Shown: positions 1-11,240 of the stretch, piece by piece
Numbering within the stretch: the stretch's first letter is position 1
Layout: the number at the start of each line of letters is the position of its first letter
Source of the DNA: Candidatus Cloacimonadales bacterium
Lineage (GTDB): Bacteria; Cloacimonadota; Cloacimonadia; Cloacimonadales; JAFGVF01
Direction of reading: 5' to 3'
DNA length: 64,000 bases
Assembly: GCA_963663475.2 (NCBI GenBank)
Contig: CAXXJV010000001.1
Span: forward strand, 2,624,001 to 2,688,000
Made by a program: the position numbers and the translations under genes
Notes under the pieces: generated by a model
Databases searched by the model: none
Told to the model about the DNA's origin: nothing
Seen by the model: only the letters and a program-made list of their open reading frames with translations

Positions 1-2951
1 CTAAGCCCATGGGGGTCAGCAAAAATTATCTTTTGTTTTCCTTCTTCGACCAGCCAGATTATAAAGTCAGGATAGAAATTACTTTCATCAAAGAAGCTAA
101 CACCCTTTCCTCTTTCCTGGTTCCTAAGGACATACAATTCCCGCTTAGCTAAATATTCTTTCCCTTTGACTTTACACCAATTTTCTAAGTCATTAACAAA
201 TTTCTTTTCATGTAAATTTATTCTTGTTGGAGTCACTTTAATTTCAGTAGTCCCATTAATAACATATATCAAAGGATTGTAAAGATGTTTTGTGATATTA
301 AAAATATCTAATCCATCAAAAGATAAATCTCCTAATTCGCCTTTATCTAAAGATTCTTTAATAGTTTTTATATTTCGAATTAGCATTTCTTTACTTTTAT
401 TTATTTCTAATTTATATTCAAACTCCAAGTTCTTTTTAAAGGCTAAACATGCATTATCATCTGATTCTAGTACTTCCTTCAAAGTCCTATACTCTCTATA
501 AGGAGCTTGGAAGAGGTTTTTATGATATTTATTAAATTTATCTAGGTAGGCTTTAGATATTGATAAGGCTATTTCATTCCACAATTCTATCTTCTTAAAA
601 CTATCAAATACTAATAAATGTTGAGGTATATAAAGTACATACCATGAGCTGTCACGAAGCATTGCTTCTAAATTGTCTTTCTTAATTTCTATATTATAAT
701 AAGCTTGAGATTTTTTATGCTTAAGTAGCTCCAAATACAGCTTATCAATATCAATGTATTTAAGATGCTCTTCTTTTAGCCAATCTTTGTGCAGTAGGTT
801 TCCATCAGTATAATTTAAATTAAATTTATTGCTTATACTTCTTATCCTACTATACCAATCAGATTGAATCATAGTTCTTATATTTGGCTCTACTTTGAAA
901 TCTAATAATTTTTCTTTCTTGAAATCAGGCATATCATTTTTGGGAAGAATAACTTTCAAGTCCTTATTAGCAATGTTTTGAATGAGAGGCAATGTGATAG
1001 GCTCTACCTCATCAGTTTTTACCACACCTTCTTCGTTTATATATTCTTGAAATTCTGCCATATAATCTGCATTGATACCAAAAACATTGAGTGTTTCAAG
1101 CAAGTCTAAATATTTAGGAGGATTATCTTTAGCTACAGATCTTTTCAGTGAAAAATCTAAACCTTTTAATCTAACACCCCTACCAAAGAGCTGAATAATC
1201 TGTGAACCCTCATTTTGACCTACATTGATCAAACCCATACTGCTAACTCGCCAGCTATTCCAACCTTCAGAAAACTTTTTAGCTCCAATCAGGAGTCTAA
1301 TATTAGAATGGTCAGAATTAATAGTATCAAACAGTGAGTAGGAAACACTTTGTTCAGTTGTTATTATATCAGTATCATCTTCCAACATTTTCCATAGTTT
1401 CCTAGGTTCACCAATATTTATTACTCCAAAATAGTCATTAGAATCTCCTATTTTTAGTCCAACTTCACTTCCACTACCCTTCATATAGACAGCATGAAGA
1501 AGTCCACCCCCAGGAGAATTAAAAACAAGGTCAAGTATATCATCATAAATTTTCTTAGGAGAATCAGAATTAGTCATGGGATAAAGGGAATCTAAGTAAT
1601 CAAAGAAATCATAAGAATGTCTGTCATTATCTAAAATTTCTGCTCTTCCTTCAATAAGTAATTTAATATTGACACAAGAAGCTTCTTTCTCTTTAATAAA
1701 AGTAGCTAAGAATTTTAAAGCAGTAACAACATCTGTATCCCTTAGAGTCTCTCTTTTTCCTGTAACTGTTCCTCCCACCATAATCATCAAAGGATTTTCA
1801 ATTAAATAATCTGTAAAGCTATGCTTTTTCTCTTTATAAAGCTTACATTGTTGATAAAATTTAAGTAGATTATTAGTTAGATATAGTTGTTGACTTACAC
1901 TTTCTTGATATTGAGTTTTTAACTTTTCTAATACTGTAATATAGAAATCTTTACCAAAGCCATCTGCGTAGAAATACCTATAAGAGTAATCAACAAGTAT
2001 TGACTTTGCATAGAGATTACTCATTTCTGTTTGCTTGGTTTTTGCTAAAGAATTAACAGACTGACCAAAGGTAGCTGAATATTCACAAGAAAAACCATCT
2101 TGGCATAACTCTTGTCTCTTGCTAAACCATTCATCTCCACCTGAACCTCTGTGTCCCTCATCAACAAATACTAAGTTATTTTTTCCAAACTCCGAAACTG
2201 CAACAGTAGTAACACCTGAAGTTTCTTTCAACTTAGTGATTTCGATAATATCAACATAAGCTCTACCCATATTACTACCTTTTGTATAAATCTTAGCAGA
2301 AATATCTGAAAGCTCAAATTCATCTAAATGCTGTTTTGATAATCCTTCATTAGGTGTTATCAAAATTAGTTTATTGAATCTATTAGAAAGATTATACTTA
2401 TCAAGATAGTAGTTAATTTGTAGAATATTACAATGCATAAGCAGTGTTTTGCCACTACCGGTAGCCATCCAGAAGGCAAGTTTTCTTAAATCATTACTAG
2501 TAAACTCAGGAATTTTATCATTCTTTTGCTTAAATCTCTTGTTAAAAGTTTTTCTAAAATTATTTATTTCATCTACTAATTTAGTAGTTTTAGCTTGTAA
2601 ATCCTGAAAAAATCTATCTAAGTAATATTCAGTAAACAGAAGAGAAAGATATTGAAAATAGAGGGGGAAAATATCTCTATGCTCTGCTATGACCCTTTTT
2701 TTGGTTATATTATTCCAATGTTGGTATATATTACTTTCATAAACATCTATGTTATCTTTTTTTATGGAACTATTGTCTAATAAGTTAAGCTTTAATGCTT
2801 CAGAAAAATAAAATACATTTTGCTCATTCCAGCCTGTGCCTGCTCTTTCTAATCTGCTGCTTAAATCATTCATTCCTTCTTTAGCAGACTGATAACCTAA
2901 TTTTGAAAATATCCATTCATTTAAAACTAATCTATGTGTTAATGTTGCCAT
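1..2951 (-). CDS. res: Type III restriction endonuclease Res subunit (3' end runs off the window; absent from the ORF track)
   Basis: Manual translation of parts of the frame from ATG at 2951 (MATLTHRLVLNEW): LAFWMATGSGKT Walker A, VDEGHR, EYSATF, FSEGWN, QLFGRGVR and a C-terminal FYPDFIIW...DPHG nuclease motif. Lies downstream of mod. Confidence 0.9.
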   Translation of the reverse strand, partial: MATLTHRLVLNEWIFSKLGYQSAKEGMNDLSSRLERAGTGWNEQNVFYFSEALKLNLLDNSSIKKDNIDVYESNIYQHWNNITKKRVIAEHRDIFPLYFQYLSLLFTEYYLDRFFQDLQAKTTKLVDEINNFRKTFNKRFKQKNDKIPEFTSNDLRKLAFWMATGSGKTLLMHCNILQINYYLDKYNLSNRFNKLILITPNEGLSKQHLDEFELSDISAKIYTKGSNMGRAYVDIIEITKLKETSGVTTVAVSEFGKNNLVFVDEGHRGSGGDEWFSKRQELCQDGFSCEYSATFGQSVNSLAKTKQTEMSNLYAKSILVDYSYRYFYADGFGKDFYITVLEKLKTQYQESVSQQLYLTNNLLKFYQQCKLYKEKKHSFTDYLIENPLMIMVGGTVTGKRETLRDTDVVTALKFLATFIKEKEASCVNIKLLIEGRAEILDNDRHSYDFFDYLDSLYPMTNSDSPKKIYDDILDLVFNSPGGGLLHAVYMKGSGSEVGLKIGDSNDYFGVINIGEPRKLWKMLEDDTDIITTEQSVSYSLFDTINSDHSNIRLLIGAKKFSEGWNSWRVSSMGLINVGQNEGSQIIQLFGRGVRLKGLDFSLKRSVAKDNPPKYLDLLETLNVFGINADYMAEFQEYINEEGVVKTDEVEPITLPLIQNIANKDLKVILPKNDMPDFKKEKLLDFKVEPNIRTMIQSDWYSRIRSISNKFNLNYTDGNLLHKDWLKEEHLKYIDIDKLYLELLKHKKSQAYYNIEIKKDNLEAMLRDSSWYVLYIPQHLLVFDSFKKIELWNEIALSISKAYLDKFNKYHKNLFQAPYREYRTLKEVLESDDNACLAFKKNLEFEYKLEINKSKEMLIRNIKTIKESLDKGELGDLSFDGLDIFNITKHLYNPLIYVINGTTEIKVTPTRINLHEKKFVNDLENWCKVKGKEYLAKRELYVLRNQERGKGVSFFDESNFYPDFIIWLVEEGKQKIIFADPHGL

Positions 2952-2963
2952 TATATGTCCTTT

Positions 2964-3389
2964 CTAACTAATTGCTTTGAAAATTTTAATCTTTAATTCT
3001 TCATTTTCTGTTTCATTTAGCATTATTGCTGTTATTATATCTTGTAATAACAACTTATCAATAGCACCTGAAGCTACATGATAACTTATATTTTCCATAT
3101 ACTTGATAAATCCAGGAACTAAAAAAACATAGCCATTAAGAAGCAAGAATAAAGCACCCAATGAGATAGCTATTCTTTTATTCCCATCTCTATAGCAATG
3201 ATTTTTATTAACTGAGTAAATAAGATGAGTTAGTTTCTCTTCTATAGTTGGGTAGTAATCATCGTTTTTAATAAAATCAACAATACTTTCAATACAACCA
3301 TGCTTTAAAATACCTGATGCACCACCACCACTAACAGAAATTGTTTTTTCATAAGTTTCGTGTATCTGTTCAGAATTTGGATAAATCAT
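2964..3389 (-). CDS. Fic/Doc-family protein (death-on-curing-like toxin)
   Basis: 141 aa with HCYRDGNKR, a Doc-type variant of the Fic motif HxFxxGNKR. Confidence 0.85.
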   Translation of the reverse strand: MIYPNSEQIHETYEKTISVSGGGASGILKHGCIESIVDFIKNDDYYPTIEEKLTHLIYSVNKNHCYRDGNKRIAISLGALFLLLNGYVFLVPGFIKYMENISYHVASGAIDKLLLQDIITAIMLNETENEELKIKIFKAIS

Positions 3390-3391
3390 AT

Positions 3392-4408
3392 TTACTCTCT
3401 ATCCTTCAATCTTTTAAAAGTATCTTTTGCTTCTTCTAATCTTTCGGCTAACTCTTTACTCTTTTCTCCCAGAAATCTTTCAAAATCTACTGTTGAAACA
3501 GGTCCTAGGTATTCTTCTAAATTTTTATGTAAAGCATCTCTAAAGCACAAGTCTCTACTAGCCATCTTCATTCTAGCCTTATTTATAAGAGGTTTATACA
3601 ATGCTTGTGACTCAAAAGCACTAAAAATTTCGTCAACCTCATATGAGTAGAGTTTACGCTGTTTTGCTTCATATTCTTCTTTTAGAATTTGAGATAGACC
3701 ATACTCATAACTTGAGATAATATCAAGTATCTCGCTATACATAGTATCTCGTGTTTTATCTTTATTCTCAAGTTTGAGAATTTTACGATATTCATCTGCA
3801 TTTTCACGGAAAATACTCCTGTATATTTTATTCGTATAAATACCGTATTTAGCATTACCCATATTGACATAATCTCGTAAAGCTTCAGTAAACTCTTTTC
3901 TATAATTCTCATTCTCAAAATAACTTAATATAAAATCTTCATCTCTTTGATTAATATATTTTGTACTACCACCAGTTTTACTATTGATTGTATCAATGGC
4001 TATATCAAGAATTACTCCTCTCAATATCTTTGCTTTTTCACTCTCTACTAACAACATAGCAAGATTAAGAAGTGATCTGAAATTAAAAATACCTAGAGAA
4101 TTTGCCTTGATAGGGACATTCATGTCACTATCATACTCCATGTTAGCTATTAACTTAAACTCTTTCAGCTTCTTACCACGTAAGACTACATATCCATTTG
4201 ATTTTAGCTCTTCAGGGTACTTTTCTAGATATCTTTTTACTGTTCTCTCATCAGTTTCAAATATTCTTGAAACTTGGCTTATGGTATACTTGATTTCATT
4301 TTCAAAAATTATACCAGCAAAACCAGTAGCTTTCTGAATTTCATCAATGGCAAAAGGATTATTTAAAATATTTTGTCTTTCTAATGATGATGTTGATAAA
4401 GTCCCCAT
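3392..4408 (-). CDS. Putative DNA-binding protein coupled to the Fic/Doc gene
   Basis: ORF 3392..4429; start more likely ATG 4408, right after the mod stop. N-terminal HTH-like YTISQVSRIFETDERTVKRY. 2-bp gap to the fic gene. Confidence 0.6.
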   Translation of the reverse strand: MGTLSTSSLERQNILNNPFAIDEIQKATGFAGIIFENEIKYTISQVSRIFETDERTVKRYLEKYPEELKSNGYVVLRGKKLKEFKLIANMEYDSDMNVPIKANSLGIFNFRSLLNLAMLLVESEKAKILRGVILDIAIDTINSKTGGSTKYINQRDEDFILSYFENENYRKEFTEALRDYVNMGNAKYGIYTNKIYRSIFRENADEYRKILKLENKDKTRDTMYSEILDIISSYEYGLSQILKEEYEAKQRKLYSYEVDEIFSAFESQALYKPLINKARMKMASRDLCFRDALHKNLEEYLGPVSTVDFERFLGEKSKELAERLEEAKDTFKRLKDRE

Positions 4409-4409
4409 C

Positions 4410-7400
4410 CTACACATCCTCACATTCAAACATTAGCTCGTTAAATACTTGAGCTATGTTAAATATCTTTTTATGAGGATCTTCTATTGTATGGTCTCCA
4501 TTTACATAAATTGCCCGATACTCTGTTTCAGCAGGATTTACCCTGACTTTAGTAAGGAAATCATTTAAGGCTTTATTATCATGCACATCTACATTACGCC
4601 AAATAATTAAGATTCTCTCATTAGCTGGATTTATACCTTCAATTTTTACAAAGCCATCTATCACCTTTAATTCTACTACTTCTACACCCAATAAATAATT
4701 AAAGGTCTCTATCAAATCTACCTGCTTTAACTCAGCTTGACCACTTTCATAGTTGTGTATCTTTATCTGATAATCAAAGGGACTATCAAACCTGTCTATA
4801 TCCATTAATGAAGCCTTACTCTCTATATCTAACATATAATTTATCAGATAATCTTGGTTTACAGACTCTGAATCTATCCCAAATAGATCAGGAGACTGGT
4901 CTTGCAAGGTCAAGTTATTTAGCGTATCTTCGTAACTCTCCATTCTGATATACTTAAAACAATGGGAAATTCCTGTATCTCTTGTTACAGGTTTGCCACT
5001 CTTCCAGTCTGTACTATAGACTACTTTTTCAATCCGGGGCTTGGTAACTGTATCAAAATAATTTCCCATCTCTACTAAGATATATTTCCTTGTACCACCA
5101 TCCTCTCGGTTTAAATTGATGACTGCATGACCTGTGGTACCTGAACCAGCGAAGTAGTCGAGGATTGTTGATTTTTGTGGTCTAGCTGAAATTGAAAGAA
5201 AGTATTTTGCAGCGTTTATAGGTTTAGGATTCTCAAATGTGAAATTCATATCGCTAAACAAAGCATCATCACTACCACCCATATAATAGAGCGATGATAC
5301 ATTTTCTATTAAGTTATCTTTCAGAAAATATTTGCGATTTGGTATAGTTGTTTCATCATTTCCAAAAATTATTAAATCAGCATCTATAAGAGATTTCATT
5401 GTTTCTGGAGGATTTCTCCATCCTCTAGCTGGAACCGGACATTGTTTATTTGTTAGTGGGTGAATTAATGGTTCAAAATATTCATCAGGTGCTTTTTTTT
5501 TATTAGGCCATGCCATCGATACTGGACGATATACATTTCCATCATCATCAATATTTGAATACGCTTTTTCTCCTCCAGTAAAGTCTTGCTTTTTAAGCCA
5601 ATTTTTGAACAAGATACGAGCATTATCATTTATGCCTCCAGCTCTCTTAATTAACTTTAGAGCTTTATTTAGTATTGTTTCAGCATTTATTTTTATACGA
5701 ACAAAAGCACCTTCTACAGATTTTAGATGTTCAGGATTAGGAGTAGCAAAATGTACATACTCATGCTGGGTAGCTATTCCCTTTGAATCACCCTTCGGAT
5801 TTCTTTTATCCCATACCAACTTTCCTAAATCTCCATTTTCTCCAAACAGATTTTTAACGATCCACTCTAAAGATAAATGCTCATTTTCATCCATATGGCA
5901 TACAAACAATCCATTATGATTGAACATCATAATTGACATTTTAAGACGATCCATAATCATTGTACACCAAGATGAATGTTGAAATTGGTCCTTATAACTA
6001 AATCCATCATTACCAGTATTATAAGGTGGATCAATATAAATACATTTAACCTTTTCTTTATATCTTTCCTGTAGCAGATTAAGAGCTTGGAAGTTCTCTG
6101 AATGAATAAGTAGTCCATCTGTATTTTCATCCAAGTTATCAATAGTGGAAAGAAGCTTGTACTTAAAGTCTTGGCTAAAGAAGGAAGTATCAAGGACTAA
6201 GTATTTATTGTCTGTAAGGAATTTAAGCTTATTTTCAGTATTGCCTTTTTCAAAGTCTTCATAGCTGGTATGGATAGCATCTGTCTTAATCTCTTCAATA
6301 GCAAAGAGCTTTTTCCATTCTGCTATTTGCTCTTGATTATCAGCAATTTGAGGGTAGAAGTCTTGGGGAATTCTATCTAAAGTTATGCAATAATTAGTTT
6401 GATAGATAAACTTCTTTTTTAACCAGAGTTTCTTTTGGAAATTTTCTATTTGAGCAAGGAATTCAATAAGTTCTTGGGCTATAGTTCTGATTGCTTTAAT
6501 TTTTCTAATCTCAGAAGTTAAGTAATCTGGCTCTTTATCAACAACATCATCTAAATACATTACTTCATTTTTAATATAAAAGTCTAACTCTCTTTTTAGA
6601 AATCCAGCCAAATCTTTATGAATAAAGAAGTCTGAGGTCTGTTTTCTCACATAAGCTTGCAAATGTTTTCCCAGAATACTTCTGTTTTTATCACCAGTAT
6701 AAGTAGGATCATCTTCTTTTAGAAGCTCTTTCCAATCATCTTGGAGAATCTTTTCTAAGTTCTTTTCCAGAGCTTCTATGAGTTGTTTCTCAGTTAGAGC
6801 TTTTGAAACTTCCTTAAAATAGAAGGGTATGATTAATTCCTTGTCATTTACTTGGATATTAACTCTGCCATCTGCTTCATCATAAGCACCTTCCAACTCT
6901 TTAAATAGGAGCATTTGCCTTTTTGCTTGGTTATTGTCTTTTACAGCATCTGAGCCAGCAAGTTTAAACTTTACTTTTTTATCCCCAATCATAAAAACAT
7001 AATCTTTTAGAGTTTCTGAAGATTTGATATAATATTGGTCTTTATTAGCCCAGTGCATAATAACTTCTTCCCCATTGTAGGGAATTGCGTATTTATCTTT
7101 GATAGCAGATCTACGTTGAGATATGAAATCCCCATCCTGGTAGTAACGACTAAAGAAATCAAGGAGATGAGAATAGACCTCTGTCTCCAACTGAGATGAA
7201 AGAGATTTATTTTGGAACTTATCTTTTGCTTCAAGAAATCTTTTCCCAGCAGGAGTTTGGGCAAACATATCAGAGAGATTATCCTCACTATCAAAAGCTT
7301 CTTTCCCAAAAGAAGCAATGCATTCTTCTTTGGCTTTTTTGTAGGCATCTTCCAAGTCCTGAGTATTTGCAGAACCTAAGATATTAGCTACTCTATCAGG

Positions 7401-7535
7401 TAATTTATTTGTGATAAAATATTTTATCTTATCTTGTCTTTGATTTATTAACCTATATATTCCAAAATCTAAGTCTGTTTTATCTAACTCAAATAGTTGA
7501 TTTAATTTATTTATTAATTCTTGTAGTTTTGTCAT
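4410..7535 (-). CDS. mod: Type III R-M adenine methyltransferase (Mod), long form
   Basis: IYIDPPYNTG (motif IV) precedes ILDYFAGSGTT (motif I), the beta-class order, with a TRD between them. N-terminal DLDFGIYR. Confidence 0.92.
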   Translation of the reverse strand: MTKLQELINKLNQLFELDKTDLDFGIYRLINQRQDKIKYFITNKLPDRVANILGSANTQDLEDAYKKAKEECIASFGKEAFDSEDNLSDMFAQTPAGKRFLEAKDKFQNKSLSSQLETEVYSHLLDFFSRYYQDGDFISQRRSAIKDKYAIPYNGEEVIMHWANKDQYYIKSSETLKDYVFMIGDKKVKFKLAGSDAVKDNNQAKRQMLLFKELEGAYDEADGRVNIQVNDKELIIPFYFKEVSKALTEKQLIEALEKNLEKILQDDWKELLKEDDPTYTGDKNRSILGKHLQAYVRKQTSDFFIHKDLAGFLKRELDFYIKNEVMYLDDVVDKEPDYLTSEIRKIKAIRTIAQELIEFLAQIENFQKKLWLKKKFIYQTNYCITLDRIPQDFYPQIADNQEQIAEWKKLFAIEEIKTDAIHTSYEDFEKGNTENKLKFLTDNKYLVLDTSFFSQDFKYKLLSTIDNLDENTDGLLIHSENFQALNLLQERYKEKVKCIYIDPPYNTGNDGFSYKDQFQHSSWCTMIMDRLKMSIMMFNHNGLFVCHMDENEHLSLEWIVKNLFGENGDLGKLVWDKRNPKGDSKGIATQHEYVHFATPNPEHLKSVEGAFVRIKINAETILNKALKLIKRAGGINDNARILFKNWLKKQDFTGGEKAYSNIDDDGNVYRPVSMAWPNKKKAPDEYFEPLIHPLTNKQCPVPARGWRNPPETMKSLIDADLIIFGNDETTIPNRKYFLKDNLIENVSSLYYMGGSDDALFSDMNFTFENPKPINAAKYFLSISARPQKSTILDYFAGSGTTGHAVINLNREDGGTRKYILVEMGNYFDTVTKPRIEKVVYSTDWKSGKPVTRDTGISHCFKYIRMESYEDTLNNLTLQDQSPDLFGIDSESVNQDYLINYMLDIESKASLMDIDRFDSPFDYQIKIHNYESGQAELKQVDLIETFNYLLGVEVVELKVIDGFVKIEGINPANERILIIWRNVDVHDNKALNDFLTKVRVNPAETEYRAIYVNGDHTIEDPHKKIFNIAQVFNELMFECEDV

Positions 7536-7544
7536 TACCCACTC

Positions 7545-10385
7545 CTAAATAACTTTCCATTTTATCATAAACAATTTTTCATTATTAGTATTTTGTGTCA
7601 TTCTTTTTTCCAGTTCTTTTATGAGAAGATCTCTTTTTTCTTCAATTTCATCCTCTACATCAAATATCCTTCTTCTAGCTGCTCTTCTTTTTGCATCTAG
7701 TTCTTTAATCTTTTCTTGTGCTTCTTTCTGTTCTTCCATAGTTTTACACATACTTGCTTGTCTTTCTGCCAATCTTAATTCTTTCTTTATATTATGCAAA
7801 TTTCTTTCAGCTGCAATTACAACATCATCAGACCATCTATGTAGCATATCTTTTCTTTCCTGAAAAAGTTTATTGCTTTCTTCCAAGTTCTCTCTGATAA
7901 CTGCTTGCGCGAAAATATGATTATTGGCTTCAAGTTTACTTACATATTCAGCAGGAATCCTTACAGATTCCTTAGCAGTTGATTTTAATTTAAACATTTT
8001 CTCGAAAGTCTCATGTTCAATATTCTTCCCATCATTAGCTAAACCTGAAAAGAGCAGATGTTCTTCTCTTTCAAGACTTTCAATTTCTAATTTTGATAGA
8101 AGTAGATAACCTGTTTTGCCTTTGATAGAATCCAAGACAGAAATTTTAGCTAGGTAATTCGAATAATCAAATTCAATAAGCTTTTCACTTAGCTGATATG
8201 CTTTTACACTACTAATACAGAGTTTACCTAAATCACTATCTAAAGTATATCTTTCTCCATTTTTAGGGTAAACTTCTCTTTTATTAGGTAAATAGTAGTT
8301 TTTTATGGGAATATTAGCAAGGGACCTAGTAAGCTTAAAGGTTAATTTTTCATCATTAAATATTGCATTATCACCAAGAAATGCTTTAGTTAAAAGCCAA
8401 AATTTTTTGCCGTACTCATCTAAAGAGCTAAGAGCATCATTATAATTAATCTTTAATTTTCGGTGAACATCTTCATCGAAATGTTCAAAAATAGCTTCCT
8501 TGGTTCTCTCAAGCTTTTGACTAATTTCCTCTTCAAGTTCATTTTGCAGTTTATTAAAGGCTTTTTCAATTTCATTTTCTGACCTACATTCTTGATATAT
8601 TGAAGTTATTCTCTGCTCAAGATTTGCTGAACTTTCCAGCTTGCCAAGAATACCATCAGAACTACCAAAAATTCCTTCAAACAAATTAAACTTAAATCTT
8701 AGTAAATCATATACTCTTCTATCTGCTGCATTCCTTTTGTTTAAAAAATTTATTACTACTACATCATGCTTTTGTCCATACCGGTGAATTCTTCCAACTC
8801 TCTGTTCGATTCTTTGGGGATTCCAAGGTAGATCAAAATTAATTAATAATGAGCAAAACTGTAGGTTAAGACCTTCCGAGCCAGCCTCTGTTGCTAGCAT
8901 AATTTCACCTTCATTTTGAAAGAAATCAATAATGGCATGTTTTATATTCACTGCTTTTGATTGAGAAGCCTTGTCGCTATTTTTTTCTAACCAATCTTTG
9001 AAAATCATTTTAGAATTATCATCAGTATTTGAACCAGAGTAGGTACATATTTTACCTAAAAAGCCATTAGATTCAAGATAATCTTTCAAATAATACATTG
9101 TTCTTTTAGATTCGGTAAATACAACTGCTTTCCGACTTGCTCCAACTTTTTCCATCTCTTGATAACCGATTTCTATAGCCCTAATGAGATGTTTGGTTTT
9201 AGAATCAATACCTAAACTCTTTGCCCATAAGATTAATTTCTCAATTTCTTCTATCTCTTCCTCTAGTACTTTTAGATTAATCTCTGAGCTAACTTCATCT
9301 TCACTTTCATCATAATCTTCAATTAATTCTTCATCAACATCAGCAGAGTTTAACAGTTCTAACAAAAAATTTTCCTCTTGTTCTGGTACTGAGTTTCTTA
9401 GAGATATTAATCTATTTTTTATTGTTGTGAGAGTCTCAGATAGAGCATATATAGAAGATGCCATTACCTTGCGAACAATTAGAACTATTAGGTGTTTTTG
9501 CCTTTTGGGAAATGCATAAGTATCTTCTCTTTGAAGAAAAGCAGACACAGCCCTATATAATTGATTTTCGTTATCTGAAGTATTAAAATCTATAGTAACT
9601 AACTTACGTTCGGTGTATTTTATAAATTCCAAAACATCCTTTCTCAATGTCCTTCTACAAAATGTTAAAATTCTATCCTTTAAATCGTTTAAGTCTCCAT
9701 CAGAGTTAGCATAAAGAGTCCTAAAGGTAGGTAAATCACCGAATATCTTATCATCAATAATGCTGGTTATTCCATATAGTTCTGTTAATGAATTTTGTAA
9801 AGGTGTTGCAGTTAATAATATCTTCTTCTTATCTTCCAATGCCCATTTTAAAGCTTGCCCAATCTTATTACTAGGTCTATGTGAATTTCTTAGTTTATGG
9901 GCTTCATCAATAACAACCAAATCCCAATTAATAGCCCTAATATCTTGTGACTTTCTAGCTACAAAATGATAAGAAGCAATAATTATATTATCCTTCATGA
10001 AAGGATTTATATAACCTAGCTTAGATATTACTCTGTAGCTTTTATGATCAATTATTTGAGACTGTAAATTAAACTTTTCTTCTAGCTCTATAGCCCATTG
10101 CTTTCTTAATGACGCAGGTGCTACTATTAATATTTTATCTTTCTTTTCAGCCACATATTGTGATATTACTAAACAAGCTTCAATAGTTTTTCCTAAACCA
10201 ACTTCATCAGCCAACAATACACCTTTGTTAAAAGGAGAACGTAAAGCAAACAATGCTCCTTCAACTTGATGTGGATTTAAATCTACGTTAGCATTAAATA
10301 ATGATTGAGATAACTTATTTATACCCTCTCCACCACTTTTTGTTAAATAATGAGCTAAATACTTCTGCTGATGCTTTGATATCAT
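7545..10385 (-). CDS. SNF2-family helicase/ATPase with C-terminal coiled coil
   Basis: LLADEVGLGKT, VIDEAH, LTATP, EGLNLQ, DLPWNP.RIEQRVGRIHR. ATG 10385 preferred over the track start at 10424. Confidence 0.9.
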   Translation of the reverse strand: MISKHQQKYLAHYLTKSGGEGINKLSQSLFNANVDLNPHQVEGALFALRSPFNKGVLLADEVGLGKTIEACLVISQYVAEKKDKILIVAPASLRKQWAIELEEKFNLQSQIIDHKSYRVISKLGYINPFMKDNIIIASYHFVARKSQDIRAINWDLVVIDEAHKLRNSHRPSNKIGQALKWALEDKKKILLTATPLQNSLTELYGITSIIDDKIFGDLPTFRTLYANSDGDLNDLKDRILTFCRRTLRKDVLEFIKYTERKLVTIDFNTSDNENQLYRAVSAFLQREDTYAFPKRQKHLIVLIVRKVMASSIYALSETLTTIKNRLISLRNSVPEQEENFLLELLNSADVDEELIEDYDESEDEVSSEINLKVLEEEIEEIEKLILWAKSLGIDSKTKHLIRAIEIGYQEMEKVGASRKAVVFTESKRTMYYLKDYLESNGFLGKICTYSGSNTDDNSKMIFKDWLEKNSDKASQSKAVNIKHAIIDFFQNEGEIMLATEAGSEGLNLQFCSLLINFDLPWNPQRIEQRVGRIHRYGQKHDVVVINFLNKRNAADRRVYDLLRFKFNLFEGIFGSSDGILGKLESSANLEQRITSIYQECRSENEIEKAFNKLQNELEEEISQKLERTKEAIFEHFDEDVHRKLKINYNDALSSLDEYGKKFWLLTKAFLGDNAIFNDEKLTFKLTRSLANIPIKNYYLPNKREVYPKNGERYTLDSDLGKLCISSVKAYQLSEKLIEFDYSNYLAKISVLDSIKGKTGYLLLSKLEIESLEREEHLLFSGLANDGKNIEHETFEKMFKLKSTAKESVRIPAEYVSKLEANNHIFAQAVIRENLEESNKLFQERKDMLHRWSDDVVIAAERNLHNIKKELRLAERQASMCKTMEEQKEAQEKIKELDAKRRAARRRIFDVEDEIEEKRDLLIKELEKRMTQNTNNEKLFMIKWKVI

Positions 10386-10589
10386 AAAGAATCCCTTAAT
10401 TATTTTAATATTAGAATATTTCACTTCCTAGTATGACAAAAAAACACTAACTTAACTAATACTGTCAAGTAAAATTGTAGTTTTTTCTGAAATCTTAGAT
10501 ATTAATTGAGGTATTTATTTCACCAATTATCAGAAACAATAATACCACTACCAAAACTTGCCATCCATCTAGTAACTCTCAAGCACAAG

Positions 10590-11057
10590 CTACCCCTTCT
10601 TCACAAATGCTCTCTCATACATCCTAATAAAGTCTTCAACTTGAATCTTCCCGCACAAATCTCCGATCAGTTTATAAGGAATATCATTCATCCTCTTAAG
10701 ATTCACACAAGCTTTTCCCATACTCAGTTTATACTTAGCCTGCTTGCTATATTCATCTTTAAACCAGGCTAGCAAGTCTTGATTGATATAGAGTCCCCAA
10801 TGACTAAAAGAAATATGGTTTTTCCAGTTGGAAAGTCCAATAAAAGGTAAAGGGGTATCACTTTGGACATGGTAGCCTTGTGGGTATATTTTTAGCGGAA
10901 CAACATAGGCAATTGAGCCATAGCTTATTGTTTCTTCAAAACCTGCTGGAAGATTTTCCTTAATCACTTTTCTTAACTTTTCAATAATTTCTCTTCTTTC
11001 TTCTGGCAGAGAGTCTAGATATTCAGCAAGAGTATTTATTTTATTAGTCATAATCAC
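10590..11057 (-). CDS. DUF1801/YdhG-like protein
   Basis: EYLDSLPEERR...GFEETISYG...MGKACV pattern. Confidence 0.75.
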   Translation of the reverse strand: MIMTNKINTLAEYLDSLPEERREIIEKLRKVIKENLPAGFEETISYGSIAYVVPLKIYPQGYHVQSDTPLPFIGLSNWKNHISFSHWGLYINQDLLAWFKDEYSKQAKYKLSMGKACVNLKRMNDIPYKLIGDLCGKIQVEDFIRMYERAFVKKG

Positions 11058-11240
11058 CTCTTATTATTTTGGACCAGTGGTGGAATAGGATTTTAGGGAA
11101 GATTCAGATTCTTTTCTCTAAAGCTCTACTAGACCATATGGCTTTAAAGAAATAATAAATTTTTCTTGACCAAAGACAATAATTTTATGAAGTTTGCTTT
11201 TATAAAATTTTTATACTATAAAACATTTGGAGAAAAAAGA

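Noticed and set aside
5493..5501. Phase-variable A9 tract in mod
   Set aside because: It encodes NKKKA in frame; such runs are common in this AT-rich DNA and no typical simple-sequence tract was seen in mod.
7545..10385. DISARM or BREX system
   Set aside because: No drmA/drmB/drmC or pglZ/brxC genes are visible; part of the locus may lie outside the window.
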